Part shown: positions 1 to 12,929 of the stretch, one piece after another
How positions within the stretch are numbered: position 1 is the first letter of the stretch
How the letters are laid out: each line of letters opens with the position of its first letter
Assembly: GCF_963921235.1 (NCBI RefSeq)
Contig: NC_086101.1
Span: 11,286,001 to 11,350,000 of the forward strand
From: Mobula hypostoma
Lineage: Eukaryota
Length of the DNA: 64,000 nt
Reading direction: 5' to 3'
Position numbers and translations under genes: made by a program
The notes under the pieces: generated by a model
The model's database searches: none
Told to the model about the DNA's origin: nothing
Seen by the model: only the letters and a program-made list of their open reading frames with translations

Positions 1-1060
1 TTAGGAGGTGTAAACCAGAGGTTCATGAGCCAGTCCTCATCAGTGGATCAGAAGTGGAAAGGGTCAGCAATTTCCTCAGTACTGTATTATTATTTTTGAG
101 GATCTGTCCTTGGCCCAGTATGCAAGTTCAGTTACAAAGAAAACACTGCAGTGCCTCTAATTCCTCAGGAGTTTATGAAGATTTGTATGACATCTACAAC
201 TTTGACAAACTTCTATTGTGCTAGAGGAGAGTATATTCACTGGCTGCATCAGAGCCTGGTATGGAAACACCAATACCCTTAAATAGAAAACCCTACAAAA
301 CGCAGTTGATACAGCCCAGTAAGGCAGAGGTAAGTCCTCCCCACCAGTGTGCGTATCTACACGAAGCATTATCGCAGGAAAGCAGGATTCATCATCATGG
401 ACCTCCACCACCCAGGTCCTGCCCACTTCTTGCTGCTTCCATCAGGAATAAGGTACAGGAGCCTCAGGACTCACACCACCAGGCTGAGGATCAATTACCA
501 TCCCTCAACCATCAGGCTCCCGAACCAAAGTGAATAACTTCATTTGCCCCATCTTTGAAATGTCCCTACAACCTATGGATCACCCTCAAGGACTCTTCAT
601 CTCATGTTCTCAATATTTGTCACTTACTTATTATTATTCATTTATTTTTATTTGCACAGTTTATACACTGGTTGAATGCCAAAGTTGGTGCAGTTGCTCA
701 TTGATTCTCTATGGTTATTTATTTATTTAAAAATTTATTGAGATACAGCGCAGAATAGGCCCTTCTGGCCCTTTGAGCCACATTGACCAGCAGCAAACTA
801 ACAACTGCTCCAATTTAATCCTAGCAAAATCATGGTACAATTTACAATGTCCAATTAAACTACCAACTGGTCTGTCTTTGGACTGTGGGTGGAAACCAGA
901 GTACCCAGAGAAAACCCACTCGGTCACGGGGAGAACATACAAACTCCTTGCATCCGGGTAGCCTGTACTGTAAAGCGTTGTGCTAACCACGATGCTAATG
1001 TACCTAAGATGGATTTATTGAGCATGCCTGCAAGAAAATGAAACTCAGGTTTGCATATCG
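1..1060 (+). mobile_element. Rex/Babar-like LINE 3' fragment (degenerate RT C-terminus and 3' UTR), interrupted by a SINE
   Basis: Frameshifted pieces such as HHPGPAHFLLLPSGIRYRSLRTHTTRLRINYHPSTIRL (ORF 349-537); same family as 60797-61705. Confidence 0.7.
735..1000 (-). mobile_element. V-SINE-like element with CR1-type tail
   Basis: Contains tctttggactgtgggtggaaaccagagtacccagagaaaacccactcggtcacggggagaacatacaaactcc, the reverse complement of a V-domain-like core. Confidence 0.65.
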
Positions 1061-1061
1061 T

Positions 1062-4000
1062 TTGGAGCAAAAAGACTGTGAGTGAACGGCTGATTTCCGG
1101 AGCGAAGGCAGTATTTTTTTTACTACTCAGGGTAAAAGGGAGGCGACACTGCGCAGGTGCATGACATCAGCCTGTAGAGCGCAAAAGGTTTAAAAAGAAG
1201 ACCGCCATATCCAGCGGACAGCGGAATGATAGGGCTTTGGATCAACGGGCTTAAGCGGTAACGGGACGAGGCGAGGTAGGTCTACCTGTGTTATTTGCGG
1301 AAAGGAGGAAGATGTGTGTGAGGCCAGTTTTCTGTGCTCAGTGTCAGATGTGGGAGGTCCTGGAGTCTCCCAGCCTCCCGGACGGCCATATCTGCACCAG
1401 GTGTGTCGAGCTGCAGCTCTAAGGGACCTTGTTAGGAAACTGGAGATGCAGCTCAATGATCTTCGCCTGGTCAGGGAGAGCGAGGAAGTGATAGAGAGGA
1501 GCTATAGGCAGGTGGTCACACCGGGGCCACAGGCGACAGACATGTGGGTCACAGTCAGGAGAGGGAAGGGGAAGAGTCAGGTACTAGAGAGTACCCCTGT
1601 GGCTGTACCCCTTGACAATAAGAATTCCTGTTTGAGTAATGGGGGGTGGGACAGCCTACCTGGGGGAAGCAACAGTGGCCGTGCCTCTGGCACAGAGTCT
1701 GGCCCTGTGGCTCAGAAGGGTAGGGGAGGGAAGAGAAAGGCAGTAGTGGTAGGCGGCTCTATAGTTAGGGGGTTAGACAGGTGATACTGCGGACGCAGGA
1801 AAGAAACACGAATGATAGTTTGCCTCCCAGGTGCCAGGGTCCGGGACGTTTAAGATCGCGTCCAAGATATCCTGCGTAGGAAGGAGAACAGCCAGAAGTC
1901 ATGGTACACCAGTGACATAGGTAGGAAAAGGGAAGAGGTCCTGAAAAAAGACTACAGGGAGTTCGGAAGGAAGTTGAGAAGCAGGACCACAAAGGTACTA
2001 ATCTCGGGATTACTGCATGTGCCACACGACAGTGAGAATAGGAATAGGAAGAGGTGGAGGATAAATGCGTGACTGAGAGATTGGAGCAGGGGGCAGGGAT
2101 TCAGATTTCTGGATCATTGGGACCTCTTTTGGGCAGGTGTGACCTGTACAAAAAGGACGGGTTGTACGTGAATCCCAGGGGGACCTATATCCTGGCGGGG
2201 AGGTTTGCTAAGGCTACTGGAGAGAGTTTAAACTAGAATTGTTGGGGGGTGGGAACCGAACTGAAGTGATGGAGGAAAGGGAGGTTGGCTCACAAATAAC
2301 AAGGCTTGTAGACAGTGCGAGAGGGAGGATAGGCAGGTGATAGAGAAGGGATGCACCCAGACTGAAGGTTTGAGATGTGTCTATTTTTATGCAAGGAGCA
2401 TTGTGAACAAAGCGGATGAGCTTAGAGCATGGATCAATACTTGGAGATATGATGTGGTGGCCGTTACAGAGACATGGATGGCTAGTGGACAGGAATGGTT
2501 ACTTCAAGTGCTGGGCTTCAGATGTTTCAGAAAGGACAGGGAGGGAGGCAAAAGAGGTGGGGGCATGGCACTGTTGATCAGAGATAGTGTCACGGCTGCA
2601 GAAAAGGTGGACATCATGGAGGGATTGTCTACGGAGTCCCTGTTAGTGTTGGCGTATGGCCAAGAGGTTAAGGCGTCAGGCTAGTGATCTGAAGGTCGCT
2701 AGTTCGAGCCTCAGCTGAGGCAGCCTGTTGTGTCCTTGAGCAAGGCACTTATCCACACATTGCTCTGCGATGACACTGGTGCCAAGCTGTATCGGCCCTA
2801 GTGCCCTTCCCTTGGACAACATCGGTGGCATGGAGAGGGGAGACTTGCAGCATGGGCAACTGCTGGTCTTCCATACAACCTTTCCCAGGCCTGCACGCTG
2901 GAAAACTTCCAAGGTGCAAATCCATGGTCTCACAAGACTAACGGATCCCTATGTGTTTTTATTGGCCACTCAATAGTAACAGGGATATTGAGGAGCAGAT
3001 AGGGAAACAGATTCTGGAAAGGTGTAATAATAACAGAGTTGTCGTGATGGGAGATTTTAATTTTCCAAATATCAAAAGATATTTTCCTAGAGCAAGGGGT
3101 TTAGATGGGGTGGAGTTTGTTCAGTGTGTTCAGGAAGGTTTCTTGACACAATATGTAGATAAGCCCGACAAGAGGAGAGGCTATACTTGATTTGGTATTG
3201 GGAAATGAACCTGGTCAGGTATCAAATCTCTCAGTGGGAGAGCATTCTGGAGATAGTGATCATAATTCTATCTCCTTTAGAATAGCATTGGACAGAGATA
3301 GGAACAGACAAGTTAGAAAAGTGTTTAATTGGAGTAAGGGGAATTATGAGGCTATCAAGCAGGAAATTGGAAGCTTAAATTGGAAACAGATATTCTCAGG
3401 GAAAAGTACGGAAGAAATGTGGCAAATGTTCAGGGGATATTTGTGTGGAGTTCTGCATAGGTACTTTCCAATGAGACAGGGAAGTTATGGTAGGGTACAG
3501 GAACAGTGGTGTACAAAGCCTGTAATAAATCTAGTCCAGAAGAAAAGGAAAGCTTACAAAAGAGTCAGAGAGCCTGGTAATGTTAGAGATCTATAAGATT
3601 ATAAGGCCGCTAGGAAGGAGCTTAAGAAGGAAATTAGGAGAGCCAGAAGGGGCCATGAGAAGGCCTTGGTGGGCTGGATTAAGGAAAACCCCAAGGCATT
3701 CTACAAGTATGTGAAGAGCAAGTGGATAAGATGTGAAAGAATTGGACCTATCAAGTATGACAGTGGGAAAGTGTGTATTCAACCAGAGGAAATAGCAGAG
3801 GTACTTAATGAATACTTTACTTCAGTATTCACTATGGAAAAGAATTATAGTAATGACTTGCAGCAGACTGAAAAGCCTGAGCATGTAGATATTAAGAAAG
3901 AGGATGTGCTGGAGCTTTTGGAAAGCATCAAGTTGGAGAAGTCGCCGGGACCGGATGAAATGTACCCCAGGCCACTGTGGGAGGCAAGGGAGGAGATTGC

Positions 4001-5486
4001 TGAGCCTCCTATCTTTGCATCGTTAATGGGGACAGGAGAGGTTCCGGAGGGTTGGAGGGTTGGAGGGTTGCGGATGTTGTTTCTTTATTCAAGAAAGGGA
4101 GTAGAGGTAGCCCAGGAAATTATAGACCAGTGAGTCTTACCTCAGTGGTTGGTAAATTGACGGAGAAGATCCTGAGATCAGGATTTATGAACATTTGGAG
4201 AGGCATAATATGATTACGAATAGTCAGCATGACTTTGTCAAGGGCAGGTCATGCCTTACGAGCCTGATTGAAGTTTTTGAGGATGTAACTAAACATATTG
4301 AAGAGGGAAGAGCAGTAGATGTAGTGGATATGGATCTCAGCAAGGCATTTGATAAGGTACCCCATGAAAGGCTTATTGAGAAAGTAAGGAGACATGGAAT
4401 CCAAGAGGACATTGCTTTGTGGATCCAGAACTGGCTTGCCCACAGAAGGCAAAGAGTGGTTGTAGATGGGTCATATTCTGCATGGAGGTCGATCATCAGT
4501 GGAGTGCCTCAGGGATCTGGTCTGGGACCCTTACTCTTCGTGATTTTTTAAAATGACCTGAATGAGGAAGTTGAGGGATGGGATAGTAAGTTTGCTGATG
4601 ACGCAAAGGTTGGAAGTGTTGTGGATTGTGTGGAAGGCTGTCAGAGGTTACAGCGGGACATTGATAGGATGCAAAACTGGGCTGAGAAGTTGCAGATGGA
4701 GTTCAACCCAGATAAGCGTGAGATGGTTCATTTTGGTAGGTCAAATATGACGGCAGAATATAGTATTAATGGTAAGACTCTTGGCAGTGTGGAGGATCAG
4801 AGGGATCTTGGGGTCCGAGTCCAAAGGACGCTCAAAGCAGCTGCGCAGGTTGACTCTGTGGTTAACAAGGCATACGGTGTATTGGCCTTCATCGATCGTG
4901 GAATTGAATTTAGGAGCCGAGAGCTAATGTTGTAATGGACCCTGGTCAGACCCCACTTGGAGTACTGTGCTCAGTTCCGGTTGCCTCACTACAGGAAGGA
5001 TGTAGAAGCCATAGAAAGTGTGCAGAGGAGATTTACAAGGATGTTGCCTGGATTGGGGAGCATGTCTTTTGAGAATAGGTTGAGTAAACTCGGCATTTTC
5101 TCCTTGGAGCGATGGAGGATGAGATGTGACCTGATAGAGGTGTATAAGATGATGAGAGGCATTGATCATGTAGATAGTCAGAGGCTTTTTCCCTGGGCTG
5201 AAATGGTTGACACAAGAGGACACAGGTTTATGTTGCTGTGGAGTAGGTACAGAGGAGATGTCAGGGTAAGTTTTTTTAATCAGAGAGTGGTGAGAGCATG
5301 GAATGGGCTGCCAGCAACGGTGGTGGAGGCGGATACGATAGGGTCTTTTAAGAGACTTTTGGATAGGTACATGGAGCTCAGAAAAATAGAGGGCTATAGG
5401 TAAGCTGAGTAAATGCTAAGGTAGGGACAGGTTCGGCACAACTTTGTGGGCCAAAGGGCCTGTATTGTGCTGTAGGGTTTCTATGA
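1062..5486 (+). mobile_element. Near full-length CR1 LINE (5' UTR, ORF1 zinc finger plus SGNH esterase, ORF2 APE-RT), degenerate
   Basis: ORF1 pieces KAVVVGGSIVRG and ending ...GESLN*; APE YFYARS, TETW, MGDFNFP, SDHN; RT DLSKAFDKVPH, SGVPQGS; ttctatg tail near 5480. Confidence 0.95.
2646..2952 (+). mobile_element. tRNA-derived SINE inserted in the CR1 endonuclease region
   Basis: A-box-like tggccaagagg, B-box-like agttcgagcc, CORE/MIR-like gtgtccttgagcaaggcactt; interrupts the CR1 APE frame. Confidence 0.8.
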
Positions 5487-5770
5487 CATATATATACATA
5501 CACACACACACTTTGATATTAATTTACTTTCAACTTGTTTCAGCACCATTCAGCTCGGTACCCTGTGTCACTCCTGTACACCGACTCATCACCAGCTGTG
5601 AATCATCGTGATATAATTGGCAAACTTGTATAAAGTTGTGTGAGGAGCCATTTCAAAGAAACTTCTGATTTCCAGCCTCGCTGACAGGCTGTGACCACAG
5701 ACTCCGCCTCTGAACTTGAGTTTTTATCAGACTTTGACTTTCAACAGTAAAACAGGTCATCATGGGCAAG

Positions 5771-6400
5771 AAACACACACAAAATGCTGGAGGAACTTAA
5801 CAGGCCAGGCAGCATTTACAGAAAGCGTACAGTCGACGTTCTAGGCCTAAATCCCTCGGTAGGACAGGAGAAAACAAAACCTGAGTAGTAGCTTTCAGTG
5901 GGGGGCGGGAGGGGAGGGGAGGGGGAGAGAGAAAAATGCAAGGCGACCGGTGAAACCTGAAGGGGGAGGGATGAAGTAAAGAGCTGGAAAGTCTCACTGA
6001 TATACAGGAGGCCACACCTGGAGCACCAGACATAGTATATGACCCGAACACCTCACCTACGAGGACTGTTTAGGGCCCTGAATAGTAGTGAGGGAAGAGG
6101 TGTAGGGGCAGGTGTAGCACTTGTTCCGCTTGCAAGGATAAGTGCCAGAAGGGAGATCAGTGGGGAGGGACAAATGCACAAGGAAGTCGCACAGGGAGGG
6201 GTCCCCACAAAAAACAGAGTGGGTTAAACGGTGGGGGAGGGGAAAGAGAAACACAAGGTGAGAGATGAAACCGGGAGGGGTGAAGGAGCTGGGAAATTGA
6301 TTGCTGAAAGAAATACAGAGCTAGAGAAAGGGGAATATAACGGAGAGGGCAGAAGGCCATTGAAGAGAGAAAAGGAGAAGGAGCACTAGAGGGAGTTGTT
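5771..6400 (-). mobile_element. Penelope-like element fragment (pseudo-LTR plus zinc-linker/GIY-YIG region)
   Basis: ORF 6057-6254 GTYPCKRNKCYTCPYTSSLTTIQGPKQS; pLTR-type acacacaaaatgctggaggaact...caggccaggcagcat. Confidence 0.75.
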
Positions 6401-6429
6401 GGGCTGGTATTGTTCTCTCCAATCCCCGA

Positions 6430-6868
6430 CACAGTTTCACTCTTCTAGCCCCGGCTATTTCACTGCATCTATGTTACAGGAAAGTATAATTAGTTTACTT
6501 TTTCCTCTGGCAGCTGCCGTGACGCCGACTTTGTGGTGCTCCTGACCAAGAAAGTTCTGCTCTGAGTTGCTTACTCCGCGTTACTGCTGAGCGCTCGTTA
6601 AAAACTTCCCCACAAGGAGTGGGGAGGGAGTTCTGCGTGAGGAAGCTAATCGGGTGAGTGGGGCTCGGGAACATGTCACCGCACGGGAACCACCCGGACA
6701 AAGTGGGTCACTTTCCTCTTTCCTAGCGCAGTCAGTGAGGGGGAGACCCGCAGCTACCGGCCGGCTCACGGCCCCGAGACTGGCTCCGCCTCGTTGTTGT
6801 TGCCGGAGCCGGAACGGCGAACCCGTCTGCTCCGGAGAATCGGGAGAGCGAGGGCTAGGCAGGTGAGG
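6430..6868 (+). promoter_or_regulatory. Candidate CpG-rich promoter and non-coding first exon(s) of the butyrophilin-like gene
   Basis: The clearest non-repeat CpG-rich island in the window; ISRE-like agtttcact (6433), CRE-like cgtgacg (6518), actttcctctttcc (6710); + strand donors CGG|gtgagt (6654) and CAG|gtgagg (6863). Link to the gene is inference. Confidence 0.55.
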
Positions 6869-6894
6869 GAGGTGGAAGTCCTTAAAACCCCAAG

Positions 6895-9370
6895 ACAAAG
6901 GGGCAGAATCCATCATGGGTGATCCCGGATCCCACTGAACCCCATAAACCAGCCTTCTCGCCGGACCCTTTGATGTCCTGATCAATCTGGAAACTATCAA
7001 CTTCCGCCTTTAATATACCCACGGACTTGGCCTCCACGGCAGCCTGTGACAGAGCTTTCCAGAGATTCGCTACTCTCTGGCTATTAAAAAAAATCCTCCT
7101 CGCCTCAGTTCTGAAAAGTCGCCCCTCAATTTTGAGGCTGTGCCCTCTTGTTCTGGATACGCCCGTCACTGAACATCCTCTCCACATCCACCTTATCTGG
7201 TCATTATCACATTCGGTAGGTTTCAATGAGATCCCCTCTCCCCGCATTCTTCTAAATTCCAGTGGGTCCAGGCTCAAAGCTGCCAAACTGTCCTTGTATG
7301 TTAACCCCTTCATTCCCGGAATCATCCTCCTGAACCTCCTCTGGACTCTCGCCAATGACAACCCATTCCTTCTGACATATGGGGCCCAAAACTGTTGACA
7401 ATACTCTCAATGCAGCCTGACTAGTGTCGTATAAAGCCTCAGCATTATCTCCTTGTTTTTATATTGTATTACCCTTGAAATGAATAACAACATTGCATTT
7501 GCCTTCTTTACCACAGACTCGCCCTGTAAATTCACCTTCCGGGAGTCTTGCATGAGGACTCCTAAGTCCCTTTGCCCCTCTGATGTTTGAATTTTCTGCC
7601 CATTAAGATAATAGTATGTATTATTGTTCCTTTTACCAAAATTAATTTATCATACATTTCGCAACACTGTATTCCATCTGCCACTCTTTGCTCATTCTTC
7701 CCATTTGTCCAAGACCTTCTGCAATCTCATTGCTTCCTGGGCACTACCTACCCCTTCACCTATTTTTGTATCATCTGCAAACTTTTCCACGGTGCCATCG
7801 ATTCCATTATCTAAATCATTGACAAACAACGTGAAAAGTAGCGGTCTCAATATTGATTCCTGAGGAATACCACTGGTCACTGGCAGCCGACCAGAAAAAG
7901 TCCCCTTTATTCCCATTTGCTGCCTCCTGCCAGTCAGACATTCTTCTATCTATGTCAGCATTTTTCCTGCAATGCCATGAGATTTTACCTTGTTAAGCAG
8001 CCGCATGTGTGGCACCTTATCAAATACTTCCTGAAAATTTGAGTAAGTGAAATTCACTGCCTCTCATTTGTCCACCTTGCTTGTTACTTCGTCGAAGAAC
8101 TCTGACAGATTTGTCAGCAAAGATTTCCCTTTACAGAAACCAATGCTGATTTTGACTTATTTTATCATTAGTCTCCAAGTACCATGAAACCTCATTCTTA
8201 ATAATAAACTCCAACCCTTTCGCAACCACTGAGGTCAGGCTAACTGGCCTATAATTTCCTTTGTTTTGCCTTCCTCCCTTCTGAGAGAGTGGAGTGACAT
8301 TTGCAATTCTCCAGTCCTCTGCAACCATGCCAGAATCAAGTGATTCTTGAAAGATCGTGTCTGCTATCTCTTCATAACCTCTCTCAAGATTCTGAGATAT
8401 AGTCCATCTGGTCCAGGTGACTTTATCCACATTAAAACCTTTGAGTTTGCTAGCACTTTTTTCTTTGTAATACCAATGACACTCACTCCTGCTCCCTGAC
8501 ACTCATGGACCTCTGGCACACTGCTAGTGTCTTGCAGTGAAGATTGACGTAAATAACTCATTAAGTTCATCGGCCATTTCTTTGTCCTTCATTACTACCT
8601 CATCAGCATCATTTTCCAGTGGTCCAATATCAACCATCATCTTCCTTTTACTCTTTATATAACTAAAAAAATACTTTTAGTATCCTGCTTTATGTTATTG
8701 CTTCGTTTGATTTCATATTTCATCTTTTCCCTTCTTATGGCTTTTTCAATTGCCTTTTGTTGGATTTTAAAAACTTCTCAGTCATCCAATTTCCCACTCA
8801 CGTTTGTCCTTTCCTTGGTTTTTATGCCGTCCTTAACTTCCCTTGTCAGCCATGGTTGACTACCCCTTTCATTTCAGAACTACTTCTTCTGTGGGACATA
8901 TCTATCCTGTACCTTGTTAATTATTCCCAGAAACATCAGCCACCTCTCCTCTGCTGTCAGCCCCGCCAGTATCCCCCTCCAATCCACCCGGGCAAGCTCT
9001 TCTCTCACATCTCTGTAATTCCCTTTATTCCATTGAAATGCTGATACATCTGACTTGTGCTTCTCCCTCTCAAATTGCAGCATGAATTCAATCGTATTCT
9101 GATCACTGCCTCCGAAGGATTCCTTTACTGTAAGCTCCATAATAAAATTTGGATTATTAAATAACACCCAATCAAAGATAGCCTTTCCCCTTGTAAGTTC
9201 AAGCACAAGCTGCTCTAAAAAGACGTCTCGTAAGCATTCAACAAATTCCCTTTCTTGCTAGCCAACACAAACATGATTTTCCCAATCCCCTTGCATATTG
9301 AAGTCCCCCATTAAAATTGTGATATTACCCTTATTACATGCCCTTTCCAGTTCCTTTTGCAATCTCCCTT
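6895..9370 (-). mobile_element. 5'-truncated CR1 LINE (APE C-terminal part to 3' end), degenerate
   Basis: Minus-strand ORFs with GGSDQNTI, NYRPVSLTSVV, KFADDTKIG, QRVANLW. Confidence 0.9.
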
Positions 9371-9529
9371 TGAAAACTGGATGGATCCTGGGGTTTGTTT
9401 ACTTACAGCAGTGACTTTCAAAGTTCAAAGTACGTATTTCACCATATACAAGACTGATTCATTTTCGAGTGTCCATATTCAATAAAACCATAGAATAATA
9501 ACTATAACTGGTTGAACACACTGATTGGG

Positions 9530-10332
9530 CATTGAACCAGTGTGCAAAATACAATGATCTCTATAAATACAAAAAGAAAGAAATATCATACGAGGAAAGT
9601 TTGATGCCTCTTGGTCTGTACTCACTGGAAGTAAGAAGGATGAGGAGTGAGGGATCTCATTGGATCCTTTTGAATGTTGAAAGGCCAAGACAGAGTGGAT
9701 GTGGAAAGGATGTTCCCCATGGTGGGGGAGTCCAGGACAGGCAGGGACAGCCTCAGGATAGAGGAGTGCCCATGTAAAACACAGATGTGGAGAATTTTCT
9801 TCAGCCAGAGGGTGAGGCATTTGTGGAATTTGTTACCGCATGTAGTCATGGAGGCCAGGTTGTTGGGGTCTATTTAAGGCAGAGATTGACAGGTTCTTGA
9901 TTGGCCATGGGTTCAAAGGTTGTGGAGAGAAGGATGCAGAATGGGATTGAGGAAGGGAAAAGAGGATTAGCCGTGATTGAATAATGGAGCTGACTTCTTG
10001 GGCCAAATGCCCTAATTCTTCTCCTATATCTTATGGTCTTATAATAAATAAACAATGAATACCGGGAACATGAGTTATCTGAGCGACTTTGTGGTGACAC
10101 AGCTATTTTTTTTATAAACTCCATGACAACCATGGTGTCTTCATTCATATCCTCAAAGGAGCCCTTGAACAGGGCCCAGTCTGCTGACTCGTAGCAATCC
10201 TGTAGCCACTCCTCTGTCTCCAGCGACCACCTCTTTGTGGTCCTAATTTCTAAAGCCTTGCTGTTCAGCGTCTTCTATGACTTAGCTTTCAGACTGTGAT
10301 GGGCGCTAACTGACTGGAAGGAGGAAGGAGGG
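9530..10332 (+). repeat. Local duplication unit, copy 1 (CR1 3' end plus flanks); copy 2 at 11434-12229
   Basis: Both copies start cattgaaccagtg and end ctggaaggaggaaggaggg, and share non-CR1 flank cccttgaacagggcccagtctgctgactcg. Confidence 0.9.
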
Positions 10333-10333
10333 G

Positions 10334-10695
10334 AGAATGAGGAGGGGAGAGGGGATTTCATTAAAAACTACTGAATGTGGAAATAACTAGATATGGTGGA
10401 TGTGGAGAGGATGTTCACTGTGATGAGCGTGTCCAGAACAAGAGGGCACAGCCTCAAAATTGAGGGGCGACTTTTCAGAATGGAAGCAAGGAGGATTTTT
10501 TTTAATAGCCAGAGAGTAGTGAATCTCTGGAATGCTCTGTCACAGGCTGCCGTGGAGGCTGAGTCCGTGGGTATATTAAAGGCGGAAGTTGATCGTTTCC
10601 TGATTGGTCAGGGCATCAAAGGTTACGGCGAGAAGGCTGGTTTATGTGGTTCAGTGGGATTCGAGATCACCAATGATGGATTCTGCTCCTTTATC
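10334..10695 (+). repeat. Inverted copy of the CR1 3' end at ~6895-7250
   Basis: ORF 10393-10743 matches ORF 6882-7361 (RRIFFNSQRV, GSVG.ITxDGFC), including the same idiosyncratic end. Confidence 0.8.
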
Positions 10696-10835
10696 CAGAC
10701 ATCCCACCTCTCCCGGAAGTTCCGGGAGTCTCCCGCTTATTAATAGTGGCTCCCTGATATCCGCAAATTATATACAATGTCCCAGAAATCAATTTTTTTG
10801 AGAGAGCGAGCGCAAGGGAGACCACGAGACAGAAT
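10696..10835. mobile_element. Possible terminal fragment of a non-autonomous DNA transposon
   Basis: Starts CAG; perfect 9-bp hairpin ctcccggaa-g-ttccgggag at 10710-10728; no partner TIR seen. Confidence 0.35.
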
Positions 10836-10842
10836 TTGGCGA

Positions 10843-11435
10843 AATTTCTCCTTGTATATGTTTTGTGGAAAGCAAGAAATAACACAAAGTACATTAAATG
10901 CAATTTTTGACAGTGAAAGTGTTGATTGTACTCTGCCACTGTTTACAGACAGATTTTTCAGTTGCTGGCCCTTTGTGAGAAAGCTTGCTGCATATGTTGG
11001 CCATGACAAATTTTGTGGCTCATATAGTATTATTGGTTCAGAGTTTAGATGACAAAGTTGTAATCCTGACCTCAGGTCTTGTTTGTGGAGTTTATACATT
11101 TTCTCTGTGACTGTGCAGGATTGCCCTGCATGCTTAGTTTCCACATGCATCCCATAAACTCTAAGATTGATAGGCTAATTGGTTGCTGTAAATACCGTAA
11201 TGACCAGGGGAACATTTGGGGAGTTGATGTGAATGTGAAGAGAGTAAAATGAATGAGGGAAGGATTACTGTCAGTGGATGTTTGGTGTTAACACAAATTT
11301 TGTGGACTTATTGGCCTGTTTCCATCCTGTTCTGTTTTGTAAATCTATCAAAGTCCATAAAATATGCTAGTTATCAAAGGATCTGGAGCTTTTGTCGCTT
11401 AAATGATGAATAAATTCTCCACACATGAGAGAACA
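10843..11435 (+). repeat. Direct copy of 18955-19559 (unique flank plus old V-SINE remnant)
   Basis: Both run from aatttctccttgt to aatgatgaataaattctccac.catgagagaaca. Confidence 0.9.
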
Positions 11436-12229
11436 TTGAACCAGTGAGCAAAATACAACAATCGCTGTAAATACAAAGAGAAAGAAATATTATACGAGGA
11501 ACGTTTGATGGCTCTTGGTCTGTACTTGCTGGAGTTAAGAAGCTTTTGCGGGGGGGGGGGGTGGTGGCGCTGGAATCTCATTGAAACCTTTTGAATGTTG
11601 AAAGGCCAAGACAGAGTGGATGTGGAAAGGATGTTTCCCATGGTGGGGGAGTCCACCAAGGGGTTTCAGCCTCAGGATAGAGGAATGCCCATTTAAAACA
11701 GAGATGTGGAGAAATTTCTTCAGCCAGAGGGTGATGCATTTGTGGAATTTGTTACCACATATAACTGTGGAGGCCAGGTCGTTAGGTGTATTTAAGGTAA
11801 AGATTGACAGGTTCTTGATTGGCCATGGGATCAAAGGTTACAGGAATGGGGTTGAGGAAGAGATAAAGGGATCAGCTGTGATTGAATAGCGGAGCAGACT
11901 TGATGGTCCAAATGGCCTAATTCTGCTCCTATGTCTTATGGTCTTATAAGCAATAAATATCGAGAACATGAGTTACCTGAGCGACTTTACAGCAACACAG
12001 CTTTTTTTTAATAAAATCCATGACAACCATGGTGTCTTCATTCATATCCACAAATGAGTCCTTGAACAGGGCCCAGTCTGCTGACTCGAAGCAATCCTGT
12101 AGCCACTCCTCTGTCTCCAGCGACCACCTCTTTGTGGTCCTAATTTCTAAAGCCTTGCTCTTCCGCCTCCTCTGTAACCTATCTTTCAGACTGTGACAGG
12201 CACTAATTGTCTGGAAGGAGGAAGGAGGG
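11434..12229 (+). repeat. Local duplication unit, copy 2 of 9530-10332
   Basis: Colinear similarity across CR1 and non-CR1 sequence. Confidence 0.9.
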
Positions 12230-12929
12230 AAACTTTCTGTTCCCCGTGCTGAAACTCATTGGCAGGGCTGTGGGGGCTTCCCGGGTCTGGGTGTTGGGGC
12301 AAACTGCACAGCTCATTGGAGAGATCCCACTCCTCCCTCCACTTTCACTCTTGTTATTTGTGTTTCCCGGGGCTGTCTTGTTGCACATTTCATATTTCCA
12401 TCGCTTATTGATTCAGTCGGTGGTTGGGAGAGGGGTCTTGTTGGAAGTCTTTAAAAACTCATACAGGAGATTGATGGTTAGAGATGAGCTGGATATTGTG
12501 TACTGAGAAGAGGAGGACGGCATGGAGCATGGATACCGACAGACTGTTCGGGATAATTATCTGAATGTCCTGTTTCTCTGACTAAAGTGTGATTTGAATT
12601 TTCTGTGCCTCATATTTTATTTGTTATGGGGGGAGGCCATTTGGCTCAGGGAGTCTGTGTGGAATCCAACAGCAGTGACTTTTGTTCCATTTTCCTGTTA
12701 TTTTCCCCAGAAACTTATTACTCTTGAGTGCCAAATGAAGTAGGGGAATTTACAGCAGCCGATTAACCTATCAAACAACCCATCTTCGGGATGTGGGAGG
12801 ACACTGGAGCTCCCAGGGGAAACCCATCAGTCTCAGACTGTGCAACTCCCAACAGACAGTCCCAGACTGAGGTCAGGATGGAACCAGTGTCACTGATTGA
12901 AGTGAAGAAGCAGCACCATTACTCTTTAT

